From Candidatus Omnitrophota bacterium (GTDB lineage: Bacteria > Omnitrophota > Gorgyraeia > Zapsychrales > Fredricksoniimonadaceae), in assembly GCA_015233675.1 (NCBI GenBank), contig JADFXH010000003.1, forward strand, positions 89,279-153,278: a stretch of DNA of 64,000 bases, written 5' to 3'. Below, one piece after another: positions 55,403-64,000 of this stretch (positions are counted from its first letter, which is position 1; each line of letters opens with the position of its first letter). The notes under the pieces are model-generated. The model made no database searches and had not been told where the DNA came from. It saw only the letters and a list, made by a program, of their open reading frames with translations. The position numbers and the translations under genes were made by a program.

Positions 55403-55474
55403 CTGTTGATAAATAGTATTGTACACACCGGATTTGCTTGTTATAATGCAAAACTTATATTCATTTATCAACAG
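55403..55474 (+). promoter_or_regulatory. Promoter candidate bracketed by a perfect 12-bp inverted repeat
   Basis: IR CTGTTGATAAAT (55403-55414) / ATTTATCAACAG (55463-55474). Inside it: TTGTAC (55419-55424), 17-nt spacer, TATAAT (55442-55447). Lies upstream of the MFS gene. Confidence 0.45.
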
Positions 55475-55524
55475 AAAATTGTCTATTTTAAATAAAGAAC
55501 CAGAAGAATCTACGGAGGTAGTGA

Positions 55525-57000
55525 ATGGAACAAGCCATGGAGCAGCCAAGCCACCATACGACAGCCCGCGAAGACCGCATTCCGGTTTTTCAGAAAATCG
55601 TTTACGGTATAGGGTCATTCGTTAATCAATTTCAAGCCGCTGCTATCGGCCAGCTGATCACTGTTTTGAACCTCGGGCTCGGCGTGAATCCCGTTTTAGT
55701 CGGCTGGATCGGCGCTGTTCCCCGTTTTATCGATGCTTTTTCAGACCCCTTAATCGGGTACAGTTCAGATAATACCAGGACCCGGTATGGGCGGCGCAGG
55801 CCTTGGATACTTTTTGGAGCTATTGCTTCAGGGATTTTGTTAGCTTTGATGTTTCAACTTTATAAAGGGTATAACGAGAATTTTTATTTTTGGTATGTCC
55901 TGGCGATCCAATGTCTTTTTGTCATCGCCTTTGCCTGCTACTCGATCCCCTGGATCGCGCTTGGTTATGAAATGACGCCTGACTATCATGAACGCACACG
56001 GCTGCAGGCGTTTGCCAATTTCCTTGCCCAGCCTGTCTGGATGATAGCGCCTTGGTTCTTTTCTATTATGAACAATAAGGCCATCTTCCCGGATCTTGTG
56101 TCGGGCGCAAGGACCCTTGCGATCGTTGTCGGAGGGTTTATCCTGGTAGGCGGCATCCTGCCTGCAATTTTTAATAAGGAACATTTCGGAAACTTACCGC
56201 GGCCTGAGAAGAAAAAGGGGGCAGGGAATGTCATCAAGGACCTTTGGCATAATTGCGCAACATCTTTCAAATGCCTTCCTTTTGTTAAACTTATCGCGGT
56301 CACATTTTTGATCTTCAACGGGTTCATGCTGGCCTCAAGTTTTACGGCTTATGTGATCTTCTTTTATGTCTTTGGCGGCTCGCACGCCCAAGGAGCCATG
56401 TCTGCCCAGGATGTCATGTATCATAACGGAGGCACCTTACTCGGCATGTTCGGGACGTTCAGTTCTGTTTGCACTCTCTGCGCTATTTCTTTAACTGCTT
56501 GGATCTCCTCAAAGATCGGCAAGAGGAATACTTTTTTGATCACCATGTTATTTGCGATTATTGGTTATGCTTTAAAGTGGATCGGTTATAACCCCGGCCA
56601 CCCCTATCTACTGCTGATAGCGGCACCATTTATGGCGTTTCATTTAGGAGCGCTCTTTACCATAGTTCCCTCCATGGTTGCCGATGTTTGTGACTATGAC
56701 GAATTGCAGACCGGTACGCGCAGGGAGGGCATGTTCAGCGGGATCTATTGGTGGATCCAGAAATTGGGGATGGCAGGGGCATCGATCTTGGGCGGCTATC
56801 TCCTTAATTGGACCGGTTTTAATATAGCATTAGGTATAAATCAGTCAGCTAAAGCTTTATTGCTTATGAGGCTTTGCGATATCGGAATACCGATTGTGAC
56901 CACATTAGTTGCTATTTATATCATCGCGACATTTGAGGTCTCAGAAGACAAGGCTTACGCCATTCGTAAACAGCTGGAAGAAAAAAGAGGGAAATCGTAA
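55525..57000 (+). CDS. MFS transporter, glycoside-pentoside-hexuronide (GPH):cation symporter family
   Basis: 491 aa, about 12 TM segments. GPH-type motif IDAFSDPLIGYSSDN in loop 2-3. GGAGGT Shine-Dalgarno present. Confidence 0.7.
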   Translation: MEQAMEQPSHHTTAREDRIPVFQKIVYGIGSFVNQFQAAAIGQLITVLNLGLGVNPVLVGWIGAVPRFIDAFSDPLIGYSSDNTRTRYGRRRPWILFGAIASGILLALMFQLYKGYNENFYFWYVLAIQCLFVIAFACYSIPWIALGYEMTPDYHERTRLQAFANFLAQPVWMIAPWFFSIMNNKAIFPDLVSGARTLAIVVGGFILVGGILPAIFNKEHFGNLPRPEKKKGAGNVIKDLWHNCATSFKCLPFVKLIAVTFLIFNGFMLASSFTAYVIFFYVFGGSHAQGAMSAQDVMYHNGGTLLGMFGTFSSVCTLCAISLTAWISSKIGKRNTFLITMLFAIIGYALKWIGYNPGHPYLLLIAAPFMAFHLGALFTIVPSMVADVCDYDELQTGTRREGMFSGIYWWIQKLGMAGASILGGYLLNWTGFNIALGINQSAKALLLMRLCDIGIPIVTTLVAIYIIATFEVSEDKAYAIRKQLEEKRGKS

Positions 57001-57047
57001 TATAAGCCTCAATTGAACTAAGCGGTACTACAGAATCAGGTTTTCTT

Positions 57048-58007
57048 ATGAGCCAGAAAAAAGAAGTGGTAAAAGAACTTAACGATAAAAGTATAAATTC
57101 AAAGCCTGTAATTATTTTCCCATACCTGGGATATGAGAATAATAAAAAGTGTGAGTGGTATTTTTGGTGGACAGTTGACAGGTGTAAAGAAATTGATCCC
57201 AAACCAATTGTTATGCTGCCCCGGGATACTGTCATAAGGCAGGATGCCGCTTCTTTTATAAAGGATGAAAGGTACAAGACCCTTGAAGTTGTGCAAACCT
57301 GGTCTGTTGATTCATGCCAGACATGGCTTGCCGGTTGGGGCCATGTGCTTGATAACTATCCCCAAGCAGAGAGAATTGTACAAATACCGGGTGATATTGA
57401 TTTCGTTGAAGAAGATGTCGAATTCTATGATAATCTCAGCGCCTTTATTGAAACAACAAGTTCAGATATTGCTATAGGAGATTTTAGAACGGGGGACCAG
57501 TACAGCGCAAAAAGTTTGGTTGATACTTATGGAACGTACTCACTTCTGGCAAACTGGTTTCCGGAGATCTCGCGAAGCATAAGGTCGCTGCCTCTTAACA
57601 GGCCTAGATCTGAATTCCTTAACATCAAAACATCTGTTTTGCGTGATCTTTTAATCAATAACAGAAATTTTGCTTATGAACAGACGCTAAACTTTCTCAT
57701 CAAGTGCTGGAATTATGAGGAAACAAAATGGAAATATGATATATCTATATCTCTTTTGGGGACATTATCTGACAATAAGTCTTTCAGGAACTACAGGGCA
57801 TCAATTGACCAGATAGAGAGAATTGAAAGAATGCTTTCTTTACTATGGCGGGAGATCAAGGCGCCCAAAAAGAGGGGCAGTATAAGCGATAAAGAGTTCG
57901 AAGAAAAATATACCGTGTTTAGTAATGAATATGACAAGCTCTACACTAAATCAAAAGGTATTATGGAAACCGCTAGAACTACTCTAAGAGCTCTCCTGGG
58001 TGTATAA
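57048..58007 (+). CDS. Hypothetical protein (no recognisable family; AT-richer than its neighbours)
   Basis: 319-aa ORF, soluble, Trp/Asp/Glu/Lys-rich. A possible DxD-like IPGDIDF is the only motif-like feature. Two 60-nt samples I counted (27% and 37% GC) are clearly below a sample of the preceding gene (53%). Confidence 0.35.
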   Translation: MSQKKEVVKELNDKSINSKPVIIFPYLGYENNKKCEWYFWWTVDRCKEIDPKPIVMLPRDTVIRQDAASFIKDERYKTLEVVQTWSVDSCQTWLAGWGHVLDNYPQAERIVQIPGDIDFVEEDVEFYDNLSAFIETTSSDIAIGDFRTGDQYSAKSLVDTYGTYSLLANWFPEISRSIRSLPLNRPRSEFLNIKTSVLRDLLINNRNFAYEQTLNFLIKCWNYEETKWKYDISISLLGTLSDNKSFRNYRASIDQIERIERMLSLLWREIKAPKKRGSISDKEFEEKYTVFSNEYDKLYTKSKGIMETARTTLRALLGV

Positions 58008-58139
58008 ATCGGAAGCAGAACGCCAGACTTTGTCTTCCTTTAATATGTTTTTATGATATAATTAATCTTTTGTAGATTTAAAGTAGAGATGTATCTTATT
58101 ATTTAACAACAGTATAAAAAATAAGAGAGGGCATTGTTC

Positions 58140-59405
58140 ATGTCAGCGCTTAAGCCATTTGCGGCAGTCTTTTATAATAAGGAAAAAGTCGACAATCTTT
58201 CCAACGTCTTCTGCCCGCCGTATGATATTATTTCCAAAGAACAACAAGAAGAATATTATAAACAAGACCCTCATAATTTTATCCGTTTGGAGTTAACAAA
58301 AGAAACCCCTAAAGATGATGATAAGGACAACAAATACACGCGGGCACGTAAAACTTATGAGGAATGGTTTAAAAAGGGCATATTAAAGCAGGATGAAACC
58401 CCTTGTATATATTATTATAAACAGGATTATAAATATCAAGGGCAAAAATACACCCGTACGGGTTTTTTGGGACTGTTAAAAATCAACGAAGATTCGGGTG
58501 TGCGTATTTTACCGCATGAGCATACTCATGCTGCAGCCAAAACCGACCGATTGACTCTCTGGAGCGCTTTAAAATCAAATTTGAGTTCGATATTTGTAGG
58601 TTACGCAGATAAAGGCGGGAAGATCGACAGGGTCTTTTTTAAGGAATTGGCCAGCCAAAAGCCTTATTTGGAGGCGGTAGACCATGACAAGGTCAGGCAT
58701 ATGATCTGGAGGCTTGATAATCCGGATAGAATTCAGGAAATCGTTAACGTCATTGATGGGCAGAATTTATTTATCTGCGATGGGCATCATCGTTTTGAGG
58801 TGGCCAACCAGATCCGCCGCGAAGCTTTAAAGAAAGCAAAAAAGATCACGGGGGAAGAATCGTATAATTATGTGATGACCTATTTTACAAATATGGATTC
58901 CAAAGATTTGCAGATATTCCCCATCCATCGCATTGTAAAGAAATTTCCCATCAGTGTTAATTTATTAGAACAGTATTTTCGTATTGATAAAGTTAAAACG
59001 AAGGTTGATTGGCTGGTTTTGCTGGCCCGCGCAGGACAGAATGAGCATGCTTTTGGTTTCTACAATAAACAGGGTATGTTTTTACTTCGTTTAAAGAATA
59101 AAACGCTTGTTGATAAAATGGTCAAGGATGGGTCCAAAGATTACCGGAGCCTGGATGCGGCAATCTTGAAAGCATTTATTTTAGATCAGGTGGGGGTGGC
59201 TGACGAGGACATTGTTTATTCCAAAGATCCTGATGAAGTGATGCAATCGGTCAATGATGGCGGGGCCGAGGCCGGTTTTATTCTTAATCCCGTACAGGTC
59301 GCGCAATTGCGTTCTATTGCTCTTAACGATGAGCGGATGCCTCCTAAGACCACCTATTTCTATCCTAAGGTACTGTCGGGGTTGACAATTTACAAAATGG
59401 ATTAA
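58140..59405 (+). CDS. DUF1015-family protein
   Basis: The track start 58134 is a TTG. ATG 58140 (MSALKPFAAVFYN...VFCPPYDIIS) follows an AGAGAGG Shine-Dalgarno. The N-terminal KPF.A..Y...V..PPYD.I motif is the DUF1015 hallmark. Confidence 0.7.
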   Translation: MSALKPFAAVFYNKEKVDNLSNVFCPPYDIISKEQQEEYYKQDPHNFIRLELTKETPKDDDKDNKYTRARKTYEEWFKKGILKQDETPCIYYYKQDYKYQGQKYTRTGFLGLLKINEDSGVRILPHEHTHAAAKTDRLTLWSALKSNLSSIFVGYADKGGKIDRVFFKELASQKPYLEAVDHDKVRHMIWRLDNPDRIQEIVNVIDGQNLFICDGHHRFEVANQIRREALKKAKKITGEESYNYVMTYFTNMDSKDLQIFPIHRIVKKFPISVNLLEQYFRIDKVKTKVDWLVLLARAGQNEHAFGFYNKQGMFLLRLKNKTLVDKMVKDGSKDYRSLDAAILKAFILDQVGVADEDIVYSKDPDEVMQSVNDGGAEAGFILNPVQVAQLRSIALNDERMPPKTTYFYPKVLSGLTIYKMD

Positions 59406-59430
59406 ATCATGCTAAGGCCGATACGAGGTT

Positions 59431-60288
59431 ATGTATTGGCCGTCTATTGATATGTCACTATTCGGAAAATCAAATTACACCTTTATTAAAGTTAAACGCA
59501 AAGATATCCCCATTGGCGTATGGACTAAATGTCCCGGCTGTGAGTCCCCCGCCTATTCCAAAGAATTAAAGAACAATTTGAATGTATGCCCCAAGTGCGG
59601 TTTTCATTTGAGCTTAACCGCCCGCGAACGCATCGAGCATCTGATTGACGACGGGACATTTGTTGAGCATGACGCAGAGATGGTTTCCGCAGATCCGTTA
59701 AAATTCCAAGGCCCTAAATCCTACAAGGAAAAAATTAAAGCGGATCAGGATTTGACAGATCTTAAAGATGCCGTTATTACCGGTCACGGTGAGCTTGAGG
59801 GTAAAAAAGCGGGGATAGCGGTGACAGATTCGCGGTTTATCATGGGTTCCATGGGTTCAGTCGTTGGTGAAAAAATAACCCGTTTGGTTGAGTACTCTAC
59901 CAAAGAACAGCTGCCGTTGATCATTGTTTCAGGGTCCGGCGGAGGGGCCCGCATGTATGAAGGGGCCATTTCTTTGATGCAGATGGCCAAGACCTGTGCG
60001 GCCCTGCAGCGTCACTCTGAGGCAGGATTACTGTATGTTTCTTTATTAACGAACCCTACCATGGGCGGGATCATGGCTTCTTTCGCGGGGGTGGGGGATG
60101 TTATCATTGCTGAGCCCAAGGCTTTGATCGGTTTTGCAGGACCTCGAGTGGTGGAGCAGACCATACGTCAGAAATTGCCTGCCGGTTTTCAACGTTCAGA
60201 ATTCTTATTAGCCCATGGCATGGTTGACATGATCGTTGAGCGTCAAGACTTAAAGGGCGTTTTGGTGCATACCATTAGTTACTGTTAA
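59431..60288 (+). CDS. accD: Acetyl-CoA carboxylase carboxyltransferase beta subunit
   Basis: 285 aa. N-terminal zinc ribbon CPGC...CPKC, then the carboxyltransferase fold (GSMGSVVGEK, SGSGGGARMYEG). An alternative start exists at ATG 59452. Confidence 0.9.
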   Translation: MYWPSIDMSLFGKSNYTFIKVKRKDIPIGVWTKCPGCESPAYSKELKNNLNVCPKCGFHLSLTARERIEHLIDDGTFVEHDAEMVSADPLKFQGPKSYKEKIKADQDLTDLKDAVITGHGELEGKKAGIAVTDSRFIMGSMGSVVGEKITRLVEYSTKEQLPLIIVSGSGGGARMYEGAISLMQMAKTCAALQRHSEAGLLYVSLLTNPTMGGIMASFAGVGDVIIAEPKALIGFAGPRVVEQTIRQKLPAGFQRSEFLLAHGMVDMIVERQDLKGVLVHTISYC

Positions 60289-60296
60289 GACTAATT

Positions 60297-61400
60297 ATGG
60301 CCAATATCCGGATCAAAAATCTTTGTAAAAGTTATAGAAGCGATTCCAAAGCTGTCGATGATTTTAATTTAGAAATCGGCGATAAGGAGTTTTTAGTACT
60401 CGTTGGTCCTTCAGGCTGCGGGAAATCCACTACCTTGCGCATGATTGCCGGCCTGGAAGACATCACTTCCGGCGAGATCTGGATTAATGACCGTTTGGTC
60501 AATGATGTCCCTGCCAAAGATCGTAATATAGCCATGGTGTTTCAAAATGGCGCCCTTTATCCGCACATGAGCGTGTTCGAGAATATGGCTTTTGGTTTGA
60601 AATTACGCAATTATCCTAAAGCCGAAATTCAAAAACGGGTATATGAAGCCGCTGAAATTTTAGGGATCAAACAATATTTAGAACGACGCCCGCGGGAACT
60701 TTCCGGAGGGGAACACCAGCGCGTTGCGCTGGGCCGTGCCATTGTACGTAAGCCGGTAGTGTTCCTTTTTGATGAACCCCTCTCTAACCTGGATGCTAAG
60801 ATGCGCGTGCATATGCGCACTGAAATTTATAAATTGCGCATGCGTTTGCAGACGACTTTCATCTATGTTACACATGATCAGACCGAAGCCATGACCATGG
60901 GCGACCGTATTGTGGTCATGAATAAGGGGGTCATTTTGCAATGTGCTGATCCCATGACTGTGTATAACAGGCCGGTCAATAAATTTGTAGCCTCTTTTAT
61001 AGGATCGCCTCCCATCAACCTTATGTCCGGGAAAATTATTAAGAAGGACCTTAAATATTTCTTTGATGAGGGGAAATTTAGGGTTAAAATATCAGATCCG
61101 ATGTGCCCTAAGATCGCTTCGTATAATGGCCAAGAGGTCATCTTGGGTATTCGTTCAGAGGATATTTATGATAAACTTTTTGTCTCTGAAGCTTCTTCTG
61201 AAAATACCGTACGGGCTATCTGTGAAGTCGTAGAGCCCCTGGGCTCTGAGGTTTATCTGTACCTGACGACCGGCAAGCATAGTTTTATCGCACGGGTCGG
61301 GACGCATGACAGGTCGGATGTCAATCGTGACATGGACCTGGTGTTTGACATGAGTAAGGTGCACTTCTTTGATTCGAAAACAGAAGAAACCATTATCTAG
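60297..61400 (+). CDS. Sugar ABC transporter ATP-binding protein (MalK/UgpC/MsmX type), not adjacent to any permease
   Basis: 367 aa. Walker A GPSGCGKST, signature LSGGEHQR, Walker B VFLFDEPLS, and a C-terminal MalK-like regulatory/TOBE domain. Confidence 0.88.
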   Translation: MANIRIKNLCKSYRSDSKAVDDFNLEIGDKEFLVLVGPSGCGKSTTLRMIAGLEDITSGEIWINDRLVNDVPAKDRNIAMVFQNGALYPHMSVFENMAFGLKLRNYPKAEIQKRVYEAAEILGIKQYLERRPRELSGGEHQRVALGRAIVRKPVVFLFDEPLSNLDAKMRVHMRTEIYKLRMRLQTTFIYVTHDQTEAMTMGDRIVVMNKGVILQCADPMTVYNRPVNKFVASFIGSPPINLMSGKIIKKDLKYFFDEGKFRVKISDPMCPKIASYNGQEVILGIRSEDIYDKLFVSEASSENTVRAICEVVEPLGSEVYLYLTTGKHSFIARVGTHDRSDVNRDMDLVFDMSKVHFFDSKTEETII

Positions 61401-62661
61401 GCTTTATTTCCTCGTTATATTCTCCTTTTTTGTGCCTTTAGCGGGATTTTTTGTTTACGCTACCAGAAATCCTGCGGCGTATTTTTTCCTGGTTGTGGCT
61501 CTTTTAGCGGATATTTTTCTTTTGGCCGCTTTTCATGGCCGCCTGCAAAAAAAACAGTCGCAAATCGCTATTTTGAAAGAAGAGTATTTTGAAAAAGCAA
61601 ATTTGCTTAAAGCTGAGCTGCAGCATGAATGGGAAACCATTGCATCATTACGCTTGAAGATCATTAATTATTCGCAATTAAAAGACCTGACCGAGAAATT
61701 GAGCCTTTGTTTAAGCCTGGAAGATACCTCCAATACCTTATCCGTCGAAGTGTCCAGGCTTTTTGGCCATAAAGACGTTACCGTGATTTTGTATTTATTC
61801 CATTCCGCCACCGGTGAATTGGGCATCTCTTCATCGCAAAAGGGGCAGATGCAGGTCAATCTCAAGGCTAAAAAGGGCGATATCTTTGACCACTTTGTCG
61901 TCAAAACGATGCATCCATTGCTCGTCGAAGACGTTCAGACGGATTTTCGTTTTGATTTAAGTAAAATGGATGCGGAAGACAATCGTCAGATCAGGTCCCT
62001 TATTTCGACGCCTTTGATTGTCGGTGAGAAAACATTGGGGATCTTGCGTGTGGACAGTGCCCTGGCACATCAGTTTTCAACTGATGATTTACGGTTTTTA
62101 CGGACTATCTCGGATTTGACTTCGATTGCTATTGAAAACGCGCAATTATACGAACATTTGGAGACGATGGCTATTAAAGACGGGTTGACCGGATTGTTCC
62201 TGCGCCGCTACATGATGGAGCGGCTTGGCGAAGAAGTTTCCCGGGAAATGCGTCTGGGTGAGGAATTGAGTTTTTTAATGATTGATTTAGATTATTTTAA
62301 GCAATACAACGATTCTTTCGGCCATATGGCGGGGGACATCGTCCTTAAGACCATTTCCCAGATATTAGAAGAGCATTTTAACCACCCCGGAGAGTTGGTC
62401 TGCCGCTATGGAGGAGAAGAATTTTGTGTTTTATTGCCCGGTTGCTCAAAAACAAAAGCCGTGCAGATGGCCGATGAGTACAGGAAGAAAATCGAAAAAC
62501 GTGAAGTTATTTTGAGGCGACAAAAGACCCATGTGACGGTATCTGTCGGAGTGGCCTCTTTTCCCAAGGACGCGCCGGGCGGGGATGAATTGATTTTTAA
62601 AGCGGATGAAGCCCTGTATCGGGCTAAAGAAACGGGACGCAACAAGGTGTGTGCCGCATGA
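61369..62661 (+). CDS. Membrane-anchored GAF-GGDEF diguanylate cyclase
   Basis: 430 aa. Two N-terminal TM segments, a GAF-like middle, and GGDEF with an intact active site RYGGEEF. The ATG start overlaps the ABC ATPase gene by 32 nt; GTG 61432 is an alternative. Confidence 0.8.
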   Translation: MIRKQKKPLSRLYFLVIFSFFVPLAGFFVYATRNPAAYFFLVVALLADIFLLAAFHGRLQKKQSQIAILKEEYFEKANLLKAELQHEWETIASLRLKIINYSQLKDLTEKLSLCLSLEDTSNTLSVEVSRLFGHKDVTVILYLFHSATGELGISSSQKGQMQVNLKAKKGDIFDHFVVKTMHPLLVEDVQTDFRFDLSKMDAEDNRQIRSLISTPLIVGEKTLGILRVDSALAHQFSTDDLRFLRTISDLTSIAIENAQLYEHLETMAIKDGLTGLFLRRYMMERLGEEVSREMRLGEELSFLMIDLDYFKQYNDSFGHMAGDIVLKTISQILEEHFNHPGELVCRYGGEEFCVLLPGCSKTKAVQMADEYRKKIEKREVILRRQKTHVTVSVGVASFPKDAPGGDELIFKADEALYRAKETGRNKVCAA

Positions 62662-63677
62662 TGTATATTTTAATTATTTTAACTGTTATTTTTGTGGGTG
62701 TGGTTTTTTATTTAGCCAAGCTGGTGGTCTTAGGCCTCGAACAGCGTGCCGATGAAGATGTTCTGGGGGCCAAGGATGTTTTTGGAAAGATTATCGAGCA
62801 AAAAGATAAAGCTCATGCGCAGAAAGCAAATCTTGAGCATGAAGCGATGCAAATATTTACTCTTTATGATATGACCAAAGAGATCACCCGGCATTCCAAT
62901 GAGCAAGAAGCTTTTAATATATTTCGCAGGAAATTAAAAGAGAACGTAGTTATAGAGGACTGCCAATTGGCCCAGGATATCGGCGAAAGTTTTAAAGGAG
63001 GGGTCTTACCCGGCGAATATACGGCGTTTGTCCTCAAGAGCAAAGAAAAGAAATTGGGAGTATTGCTGTACAAGGGGCTTGACTCCAAGGACAAGGAGAA
63101 GTTTGCGATTTTGGCACATCAGTTTGCTTTGGCACTGAGGCGCCTGAAATTGTACAAAGATATTGAAACCCTGGCCATAACTGACGGATTAACCGGTGTT
63201 TATACCCGTCGTTATTTTCTTGAACGTTTTGAAGAGGAAATTAAACGGGCCTCTCTTCGCAAGAGCAGTCTTTCTTTTTTAATGATTGACGCGGATCATT
63301 TTAAATTGGTCAATGATCAGTACGGGCATTTGGCTGGAGACTTGGTCCTCAAAGAGATTTCTAATATTATTCAGGAAAATGTGCGCGAGATTGATATTGT
63401 GGGGCGTTTCGGGGGAGAGGAGTTTTGTGTGATTTTGCCGGATACTGATCTGGAAGGATCCCGTGTGGTGGCAGAACGTATCCGTAAATCTGCCCAGAAA
63501 CGTCTAATTAAGGCGTATGACAGTACTCTACGCGTGACCTTGAGTATAGGGCTCGCTGTTTATCCGTCTGACGGAACCCTTTTAGAGGAACTGATGGACA
63601 AAGCGGATTGGGCGTTGTATCGTGCTAAATCACAGGGACGCAACTGTGTGGTAGCTTTCGGGCTTTATAAGGATTAG
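62658..63677 (+). CDS. Membrane-anchored GGDEF diguanylate cyclase
   Basis: The track start 62649 is a GTG. ATG 62658 overlaps the upstream TGA (ATGATG). One TM, a GAF-like/unknown sensor region, and a GGDEF domain with RFGGEEF. Confidence 0.8.
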   Translation: MMYILIILTVIFVGVVFYLAKLVVLGLEQRADEDVLGAKDVFGKIIEQKDKAHAQKANLEHEAMQIFTLYDMTKEITRHSNEQEAFNIFRRKLKENVVIEDCQLAQDIGESFKGGVLPGEYTAFVLKSKEKKLGVLLYKGLDSKDKEKFAILAHQFALALRRLKLYKDIETLAITDGLTGVYTRRYFLERFEEEIKRASLRKSSLSFLMIDADHFKLVNDQYGHLAGDLVLKEISNIIQENVREIDIVGRFGGEEFCVILPDTDLEGSRVVAERIRKSAQKRLIKAYDSTLRVTLSIGLAVYPSDGTLLEELMDKADWALYRAKSQGRNCVVAFGLYKD

Positions 63678-63715
63678 GGAGAATGGTGTGTGGCCGTTTT
63701 GGGCTTCTATTAAAA

Positions 63716-64000
63716 ATGAAAACAACTTCTAAAATATTTATTTTGGTTTTATTGCTGCTGGCTTTTTTAGCCAGCTTGGCCTGGGTGGGCGTAAGGCATT
63801 TAGCTGATATCCTCCACGAATTTGATCACGTGGCCCAGGTCGACTTGGTATTGATGGAAACAGCAACGAAACTTAATGATCTTCAATTGGAAAAAGAAAT
63901 AATTTTCGCTAAACTTTCCTCATCCTCTGAAGAGTTGGCTTTTGGTCAGGTCAATGCTTCCCGTGAGCAATATTTAGAGGATTATGTTAAAGGGCTTGGG
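63716..64000 (+). CDS. Membrane sensor protein, N-terminal fragment (3' end outside the window)
   Basis: The open frame MKTTSKIFILVLLLLAFLASLAWVGVRHLADILHEFDHVAQVDLVLMETATKLNDLQLEKE... runs to the window edge. An in-frame ATG also occurs at 63683. One TM then a helical sensor-like region; function not assignable. Confidence 0.35.
   Translation, partial: MKTTSKIFILVLLLLAFLASLAWVGVRHLADILHEFDHVAQVDLVLMETATKLNDLQLEKEIIFAKLSSSSEELAFGQVNASREQYLEDYVKGLG

Noticed and set aside
1-64000. tRNA, rRNA, tmRNA, RNase P, SRP RNA, transposases, integrases and prophage genes.
   Set aside because: I inspected all intergenic spacers longer than 80 nt. None shows cloverleaf-compatible GC-rich arms with a GTTCGAATC-type T-loop or other hallmark blocks. 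No ORF shows DDE, serine- or tyrosine-recombinase motifs. The absence is by-eye only; tRNAscan-SE or Infernal would confirm it.

Overview
Gene-dense 64-kb chromosomal window, mostly plus-strand, from a moderately AT-rich bacterium. I cannot assign taxonomy. The giant exported multidomain ORF and the dense palindromic intergenic repeats remind me of uncultivated PVC/Omnitrophota-type MAGs, but that is an unverified impression. I found no rRNA, tRNA, CRISPR array, transposase or integrase. Housekeeping content: ATP-grasp/KamA pair, rpsU, purH, folC, mnmE, mnmG, thiSGHF (minus strand), speD-like, leuS, accD. A glycan-utilisation block sits at about 10.3-24.1 kb: two PilZ proteins, a GH94-like phosphorylase, a sugar ABC binding protein plus two permeases, a clan GH-A hydrolase, secreted TPR-like and CBM-like proteins, and LacI. 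Also present are mntH/usp and a DNA-handling run of EndoQ-like PHP protein, short UvrD-like helicase, ComEA and ComEC. A contiguous heat-shock supercluster (hsp20-clpB-hrcA-grpE-dnaK-dnaJ, 46.8-55.1 kb) carries three CIRCE operators. The right end holds an MFS symporter, an AT-rich ORFan, DUF1015, an orphan MsmX/UgpC-like ABC ATPase and two GGDEF cyclases. Four things stand out. (1) A 2505-aa ORF (39317-46834) combines a Sec-type signal peptide, an unrecognised N-terminal module, seven tandem ~112-aa repeats, a complete SNF2 helicase core, a class-I SAM-methyltransferase-like domain and an unrecognised C-terminal module. (2) A six-copy family of ~175-bp intergenic long-hairpin elements has a conserved apical loop and stems that differ between copies while staying complementary. 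Some copies are nested inside a second palindromic family. (3) Two paralogous ~165-nt structured leaders sit at the same distance upstream of clpB and dnaJ. (4) REP-like hairpins (TCCCGC-N4-GCGGGA-ATGAC) have seeded 20-bp and 23-bp tandem arrays, one of which supplies the start codon of an hsp20 lacking an N-terminal arm. Several ORF-track starts are over-extended: dnaK, thiG, one permease, the GH protein, DUF1015 and the outer-membrane-like protein.
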